Shown here one piece after another: positions 58,999 through 64,000 of a DNA stretch of 64,000 bases. The notes under the pieces were generated by a model, which was not told the DNA's origin, did not search any database, and was given only the letters and a program-made list of their open reading frames with translations. Every line of letters begins with the position of its first letter. Positions within the stretch are counted from its first letter, which is position 1. The stretch spans positions 3,520,001 to 3,584,000 of the forward strand of contig OZ244561.1 of assembly GCA_965217585.1 (NCBI GenBank), given 5' to 3'. Both the position numbers and the translations under genes were made by a program. The DNA comes from Candidatus Latescibacterota bacterium (GTDB taxonomy: Bacteria > Latescibacterota > UBA2968 > UBA8231).

Positions 58999-59119
58999 GC
59001 GAATCAAGGCGATAAACGCCTCTGAAATCGGCTGCTGGTCGCCGCCAAAGCAGCTTGCATCCCCGCCCGCAATTACAGAAATTATGTCCGTTCATTGCAA
59101 GGAGAATTGAGGGCCTATT

Positions 59120-59608
59120 TTGCTAAACGCGCCGCGCAGAACGCTTAGTCTTTTCGTCCTGTTGTTTTTGACCTGGCTACTTTTGTCGGGCATTTACACG
59201 GGCCTGCTCTTGGGCTTGGGCGCTCTCTCGTGCCTTGTGGTCGTCGCCGTCTGCCGCCGCATGAAGATCATCGATCCCGAAGGGCACCCCAATCACCTGA
59301 TCCCCGGCCTACTGCGCTATATGCCTTGGCTCCTCTGGGCGATAGTCAAAGCCAATATCGATGTCGCGCGGCGGATCGTGCATCCTCGGCTGCCGATGGC
59401 ACCCCGCGTAATCCGAGTCGAGGCAAGCCAAAAAACCCACTTGGGGCAAGTCATTTACGCCAACTCCATCACCCTGACGCCGGGCACGGTCGCCGTTGAG
59501 ACCGACGAAGGCACCATTGATGTCCACGCCTTGACCCGCGAAGCCGCTGAGGACGTGCGCTCTGGGGCCATGGACAGCCGCGTAACCGACATGGAGGGGG
59601 AGAGCTAG
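59120..59608 (+). CDS. mrpE: Mrp Na+/H+ antiporter subunit E
   Basis: KANIDVA, YANSITLTPGT, VHAL. Confidence 0.9.
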   Translation: MLNAPRRTLSLFVLLFLTWLLLSGIYTGLLLGLGALSCLVVVAVCRRMKIIDPEGHPNHLIPGLLRYMPWLLWAIVKANIDVARRIVHPRLPMAPRVIRVEASQKTHLGQVIYANSITLTPGTVAVETDEGTIDVHALTREAAEDVRSGAMDSRVTDMEGES

Positions 59609-59874
59609 TGTTCGCCGCGGCGATGATCGGGGTGCTGGCCACCATGCTGCTGGCCTTGGTTCGCGCCCTAAAAGGCCCCACCGTGTACGATCGCGTGCTC
59701 GCCGTCAATATGTTCGGCACCAAGACCGTGCTGCTTTTGTCGGTCATCGGCTTTTTGACCGGCCGGCCCGACTTTCTCGACTTGGGGCTGGTCTATGCGC
59801 TAATCAATTTCATCGGCACCATCGCCATCCTCAAATACGTCTCGACCGTTGGCGAGGAAGAGGCCCACGCCTGA
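59608..59874 (+). CDS. mrpF: Mrp subunit F
   Basis: GPTVYDRVLA, ALINFIGT. Confidence 0.9.
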   Translation: MFAAAMIGVLATMLLALVRALKGPTVYDRVLAVNMFGTKTVLLLSVIGFLTGRPDFLDLGLVYALINFIGTIAILKYVSTVGEEEAHA

Positions 59875-60188
59875 TGGAAGCACTGATCTACTATGCTAGC
59901 TGGGCCTGTCTGCTGTTGGGGGCTGGCTTTTGCTTCGTTGGCGGATTGGGTCTCCTGCGGTTGCCCGACTTCTACAGCCGCATGCACGGCGGCGGTGTCA
60001 CCGATACGTTGGGCGCAGGTTTGATCCTCTTGGGGCTTATGTTCCAGAGCGGCCTGTCGCTGACAACCGTCAAGCTGGTGATGATCGCGCTCTTCTTGCT
60101 GCTGGCCGGTCCCGTGGCCACCCACGCCATCGCCCGCGCGGCGCGGCACAGTGGGCTTGCGCCCCAAGGCACTGGGGAGGAACAGTGA
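59874..60188 (+). CDS. mrpG: Mrp subunit G
   Basis: GLLRLPDFYSRMH, PVATHAIA. Confidence 0.9.
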   Translation: MEALIYYASWACLLLGAGFCFVGGLGLLRLPDFYSRMHGGGVTDTLGAGLILLGLMFQSGLSLTTVKLVMIALFLLLAGPVATHAIARAARHSGLAPQGTGEEQ

Positions 60189-61159
60189 CTGCGCTAATTG
60201 ACATCGACGTCGTGTTGATGACGTTCCTCGCCGTTATCGCCGTGGCCATTATCCAGGTGCGGGACCTTTTTGCTGCGGTAGTGCTCACCGGCATCTTCAG
60301 CCTGCTTTCGGCTTGTATCTTTACCTCGCTCGATGCAGTCGATGTGGCTTTCACCGAAGCGGCGGTGGGTGCTGGCTTGGCGACGGTCCTCTTCTTGGCT
60401 GCGCTCTCTTCGACCGGGCCTAGGGAAAAGACCCAACACCAACACTCTTGGAGCGGCCTCTGCGTGTGTCTCCTGACTGGCGGTGCGCTCATCTATGGTA
60501 CGCTGGATATGCCGCATTTGGGCGATCCTAACGCTCCGGTCCACCAGCACGTAGCCCCTCGCTATATCGCCGAGTCCCCCGAGGAAATTGGCATTCCCAA
60601 CATGGTCACCTCCGTGTTGGCCAGCTACCGGGGCTACGACACCTTGGGCGAGGTGACGGTGATTTTTACCGCTGGGCTAGCAGTGATCCTGCTTTTGCGC
60701 GGCAGCGGCGCTAGACTGGATGCGGCCGCCGACCAAGCGATGCGACACGCGATGATTCTCCGCGTCGTCTCCAAGCTCTTCATCCCGCTGATTCTGCTCT
60801 TTGCCCTCTACGTGCAGTTCCACGGCGACTTCGGCCCCGGTGGCGGTTTCCAGGCGGGCGTGCTCTTTGCCGCGGCCTTTATTCTTTACGCCTTAATCTA
60901 CGGGGTCGAGGAAGCGCGCCGAGTGGCCCCACCGGGCCGCGTTCAAGTCTTTTTCGCCTTGGGGCTCCTGCTCTACATCGGCACTGGTTTGGCCTGCCTC
61001 TTGGCCGGGGGCAATTTCCTCGAATACAAGGTGCTGGCCAACGAGCCTACCCACGGCGAGCACTACGGCATTTTGCTGATTGAGCTCGGGGTCGGCATCA
61101 CCGTCGCCGCAGTCGTCATTAACACCTTCTGCTACTTCGCCAGCCGAGGGCGGCCATGA
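60185..61159 (+). CDS. mrpB: Mrp subunit B with N-terminal DUF4040
   Basis: DVAFTEAAVGAG, YRGYDTLGE, PGGGFQAG; GTG start overlaps the mrpG stop. Confidence 0.88.
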   Translation: MTALIDIDVVLMTFLAVIAVAIIQVRDLFAAVVLTGIFSLLSACIFTSLDAVDVAFTEAAVGAGLATVLFLAALSSTGPREKTQHQHSWSGLCVCLLTGGALIYGTLDMPHLGDPNAPVHQHVAPRYIAESPEEIGIPNMVTSVLASYRGYDTLGEVTVIFTAGLAVILLLRGSGARLDAAADQAMRHAMILRVVSKLFIPLILLFALYVQFHGDFGPGGGFQAGVLFAAAFILYALIYGVEEARRVAPPGRVQVFFALGLLLYIGTGLACLLAGGNFLEYKVLANEPTHGEHYGILLIELGVGITVAAVVINTFCYFASRGRP

Positions 61160-61512
61160 GTTCGTTCCTCGGTCTGTACAACTACTGGATCGTCATTTTC
61201 CTGATGATGGCCGGCTTCTACAACGTCATTGCCCGCGGCAACCTGATTCGGAAACTAGTCGGTCTCAATATCTTCCAGACCTCGGTCTTTTTGCTCTACA
61301 TCAGCATGGGCAAAGTCGAGGGGGGGACCGCGCCCATCCTCGCCGAAGGCGTGACGACGTACTCCAACCCATTGCCCCACGTCCTCATCCTCACTGCCAT
61401 CGTCGTCGGCATCGCCACCACCGCTGTGGGGTTGGCGCTGGTGGTGCGCATCCGCGCGGCCTACGGGACCATCGAAGAGGACGAGATCCAACGCCGGGAA
61501 GAGGGGTTGTGA
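61156..61512 (+). CDS. mrpC: Mrp subunit C
   Basis: NPLPHVLILTAIVVG. Confidence 0.92.
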   Translation: MSSFLGLYNYWIVIFLMMAGFYNVIARGNLIRKLVGLNIFQTSVFLLYISMGKVEGGTAPILAEGVTTYSNPLPHVLILTAIVVGIATTAVGLALVVRIRAAYGTIEEDEIQRREEGL

Positions 61513-62990
61513 TCGCCGCCCATCTACCCGCCTTGCAGATCGTCTTGCCGCTTGCCGCTGCGCCTCTCTGCCTATTGCTGCGTCCGCGGCGCTTGCTATG
61601 GCCGTTTGTCGTGGCCGTCGGCTGGGGCACGCTGGCACTGGCCGTGCTGCTATTGCAGCAAGTACTCTCCTATGGCCCCATCTCCTATGCCTTGGGCGGT
61701 TGGAGCGCGCCTTGGGGTATCGAGTTCCGGGTAGATGTCCTCAATGCGTATCTGATCCTGCTGGTGGCGCTGATCGGGGCCGTGGTCCTGACCTACGCGC
61801 CAGCGAGTGCGGCGCGCGAAGTCGAAGCGGATCGCCATCCGTATTTCTGCGCGATCTTCCTGCTTTGTCTCGCTGGCTTGCTGGGCATTGCCATTACCGG
61901 TGACGTCTTTAACGTCTTCGTCTTTATGGAGATCTCGTCGCTTTCGGCGTATGGACTCATCAGCCTCGGCCGGGATCGCCGCGCCCTTATGGCGACGTAT
62001 AACTACCTGATCTTGGGCACGATCGGCGCGACCTTTATCCTGATCGGCATCGGCCTGATGTACGTGATGACTGGCACCCTCAACATGGCCGATCTCGCCA
62101 CGCGGATCGAAGCCGTTGACCACACCCGCACCATCCATGTGGCCTTTGCCTTTATAAGCGTTGGCTTCACCCTCAAGATGGCGCTTTTCCCGCTGCATAT
62201 ATGGTTGCCCAACGCCTATACCTATGCCCCTTCGGCCGTTACCGCCTTTATCGCGGCGACTGCCACCAAGATCGCAGTGTACGCCTTCTTGCGCTTCGTC
62301 TTCACGATTTTTGGCGCGGACTTCGCCTTTGGCACCATGCACCTCGATGTCCTGCTCTTGCCGCTGGTGCTCCTAGGCATTTTCATCGCCTCGGCCGTAG
62401 CCATCTACCAGACCGATCTCAAGCGGCTTTTGGCCTATTCAAGCGTGGCTCAGATCGGCTACGTAATGCTCGGCATTAGCTTAGGCTCGGCCACTGGGCT
62501 GACTGCTGGCATCGTTCACCTCTTCAATCACGCGCTGATGAAGGCGGCCCTTTTCCTGGCCGCTGGCTGCATCTTCTTTCGCGTCAACTCTCTGCAATTG
62601 GCCGACCTCAGCGGGTTGGGCAAGCGCCTGCCGCTGACTTCGTGCGCCTTTGTCATCGCTGGCTTGGGATTGGTTGGCGTGCCGTTTACCGTGGGCTTTA
62701 TCAGCAAGTGGTACTTGATTTTGGGCGCGCTGGAGCACGGCTGGTGGCCGGTGGCCGCGTTAGTGGTGATCAGCTCGCTGCTGGCGCTGGTCTATATCTG
62801 GCGCTTTGTCGAGATCGCCTATTTCCGCCCGGTGCCCGAAGATGCCGCGCCCGTCGCCGAAGCCCCCCTCTCGATGCAGCTTCCCGTTTGGCTGCTCATC
62901 GCGCTTACCATCGGCTTGGGGGTGCAAACCTCGTTGACGGCTGGGGTTGCCCGCAAGGCGGCGCACTGGCTCTTGGGTGCTGCGCCATGA
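61509..62990 (+). CDS. mrpD: Mrp subunit D
   Basis: DVFNVFVFMEI, PLHIWLPNAY, KRLLAYSS, HALMKAALF. Confidence 0.92.
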   Translation: MIAAHLPALQIVLPLAAAPLCLLLRPRRLLWPFVVAVGWGTLALAVLLLQQVLSYGPISYALGGWSAPWGIEFRVDVLNAYLILLVALIGAVVLTYAPASAAREVEADRHPYFCAIFLLCLAGLLGIAITGDVFNVFVFMEISSLSAYGLISLGRDRRALMATYNYLILGTIGATFILIGIGLMYVMTGTLNMADLATRIEAVDHTRTIHVAFAFISVGFTLKMALFPLHIWLPNAYTYAPSAVTAFIAATATKIAVYAFLRFVFTIFGADFAFGTMHLDVLLLPLVLLGIFIASAVAIYQTDLKRLLAYSSVAQIGYVMLGISLGSATGLTAGIVHLFNHALMKAALFLAAGCIFFRVNSLQLADLSGLGKRLPLTSCAFVIAGLGLVGVPFTVGFISKWYLILGALEHGWWPVAALVVISSLLALVYIWRFVEIAYFRPVPEDAAPVAEAPLSMQLPVWLLIALTIGLGVQTSLTAGVARKAAHWLLGAAP

Positions 62991-64000
62991 GTGCCGCCAC
63001 CGCCATTATCGCGGCCGTCCTCCTACCGTTAGGCGTCGCGCCACTGATCGCCCTTTTGGGTCGCCGCCCCAACCTGCGCGAGACCGCGACCCTGCTCGCT
63101 GGGCTAGGCACCTTTGCCGCCGTCTGCACCCTAGTACCCAGAGTCGCCGCAGGAGACCGACCGATGGTGCATCTGGTGGAGGTCTCCCCGGGTCTGTCGT
63201 TAGTTTTTGAGGTCGAGCCACTCGGCGCGCTCTTTGCGCTGATCGCCGCTGGACTGTGGATGGCGACCTCGGTGTACTCCATCGGCTACATGCGGGGCCA
63301 CCACGAGGAAAACCAGACCCGCTTTTTTGCCTTCTTTGCCTTGGCGATCGCCGCGGCCTTGGGGGCTGCCTTCGCCGGCAACATGCTGACGCTGTTTTTC
63401 TGCTATGAGGCGCTGACGCTGTCAACCTATCCGCTGGTCACCCACCACCGCAGCGCGGAGGCCAAAGCGGGGGGCCGCGTCTATATGGGGGTACTGCTTT
63501 CGACCTCGATCTGCTTCCTGCTGCTGGCGATGGTCGCTACCTACCACCTCACCGGCACGCTCGCCTTCGTCCCCGGCGGCATCCTCGCCGGCAAGGCCCC
63601 GACCTGGATTCTCGGCGTCCTGCTCTTTCTCTATGCCTTCGGCACGGGTAAGGCCGCGCTGATGCCCTTCCACCGCTGGCTCCCCGCGGCCATGGTCGCT
63701 CCGGCCCCGGTCAGCGCCCTGCTGCACGCGGTGGCCGTGGTCAAGGCCGGCGTTTTCACCATCCTCAAAGTGGTCGTCTATATCTTCGGTATCGACCTGC
63801 TCGCCGACACCGGCTTAGGCACGTATCTGGCCTACGTGGCCTGTGCCACGATTCTCATTGGCTCGTTGGTGGCCATGACCAAGGACAACCTCAAGGCCCG
63901 CTTGGCGTATTCCACTGTCAGTCAGCTCTCCTACATCGTCCTCGGCGCGGCCTTGGCCAATAGTTGGGGCATCCTCGGCGGCAGTCTGCACATCGCCATG
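62987..64000 (+). CDS. Second MrpD/MrpA-like subunit (runs off the right edge)
   Basis: Hand translation: YSIGYMRGHHE, GKAALMPFHRWLPAAMVAP.PVSALLHAVAVVKAG, KARLAYSTVSQLSY. Confidence 0.88.
   Translation, partial: MSAATAIIAAVLLPLGVAPLIALLGRRPNLRETATLLAGLGTFAAVCTLVPRVAAGDRPMVHLVEVSPGLSLVFEVEPLGALFALIAAGLWMATSVYSIGYMRGHHEENQTRFFAFFALAIAAALGAAFAGNMLTLFFCYEALTLSTYPLVTHHRSAEAKAGGRVYMGVLLSTSICFLLLAMVATYHLTGTLAFVPGGILAGKAPTWILGVLLFLYAFGTGKAALMPFHRWLPAAMVAPAPVSALLHAVAVVKAGVFTILKVVVYIFGIDLLADTGLGTYLAYVACATILIGSLVAMTKDNLKARLAYSTVSQLSYIVLGAALANSWGILGGSLHIAM

Noticed and set aside
59000-59115. Na+/Li+ riboswitch upstream of mrp
   Set aside because: Two short hairpins are present but I cannot match the DUF1646 or nhaA consensus; an Infernal/Rfam search would decide.
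18622-62990. Long N-terminal extensions in the ORF track (ssb 19362, glcF 34061, Gfo 37196, dipeptidase 38266, folD 54314, mrpB 59930, mrpD 61080)
   Set aside because: They overlap neighbouring genes; family similarity and SD or stop-start overlaps support the shorter starts.
59120-64000. mrpEFGBCDD order without a typical mrpA as a novelty
   Set aside because: This is a known alternative Mrp arrangement, and the operon is cut by the window edge.
1-64000. tRNA or rRNA genes
   Set aside because: No cloverleaf or rRNA-like sequence recognised in the intergenic regions by eye; tRNAscan was not run.

Overview
GC-rich bacterial chromosomal window. Gene style (collagen-like and FN3/LRR/M8 lipoproteins, sulfatase, PhyH dioxygenases, many TA modules) suggests a Latescibacterota/Gemmatimonadota-like, possibly sponge-associated organism; this is inference only. 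Housekeeping blocks (prx, ssb, serC, glcD/glcF, pepA, M19/M32 peptidases, glgP, serS-folD, mrp antiporter) are interrupted by three defence-rich accessory regions, none with a visible integrase. (1) ~1.7-14 kb: TA genes, a lipoprotein-AAA ATPase-ADP-ribosylglycohydrolase-truncated DnaB run behind duplicated WYL/PafBC-type promoter motifs, an IS630-split Mrr-like nuclease, IS5 and a truncated type III mod. (2) 24.3-32.1 kb: a type III R-M system with two MNT-HEPN pairs nested between mod and res. (3) 46.1-53.1 kb: a FN3-LRR-M8 lipoprotein, HigBA, and a single-chain type IIG/IIL R-M enzyme whose last 29 aa look like an antitoxin tail and which overlaps a PemK/MazF toxin gene. That R-M/PemK pair is the best candidate for an undescribed system. 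Diverged duplicates of gene ends (AAA 3' end x3, folD 3' end x2, phosphatase 5' end x2) mark cargo junctions, and core genes show an apparent CCWGG-depletion signature. No tRNA, rRNA or CRISPR array was seen. Family calls come from motif recognition by eye; no database searches were run.
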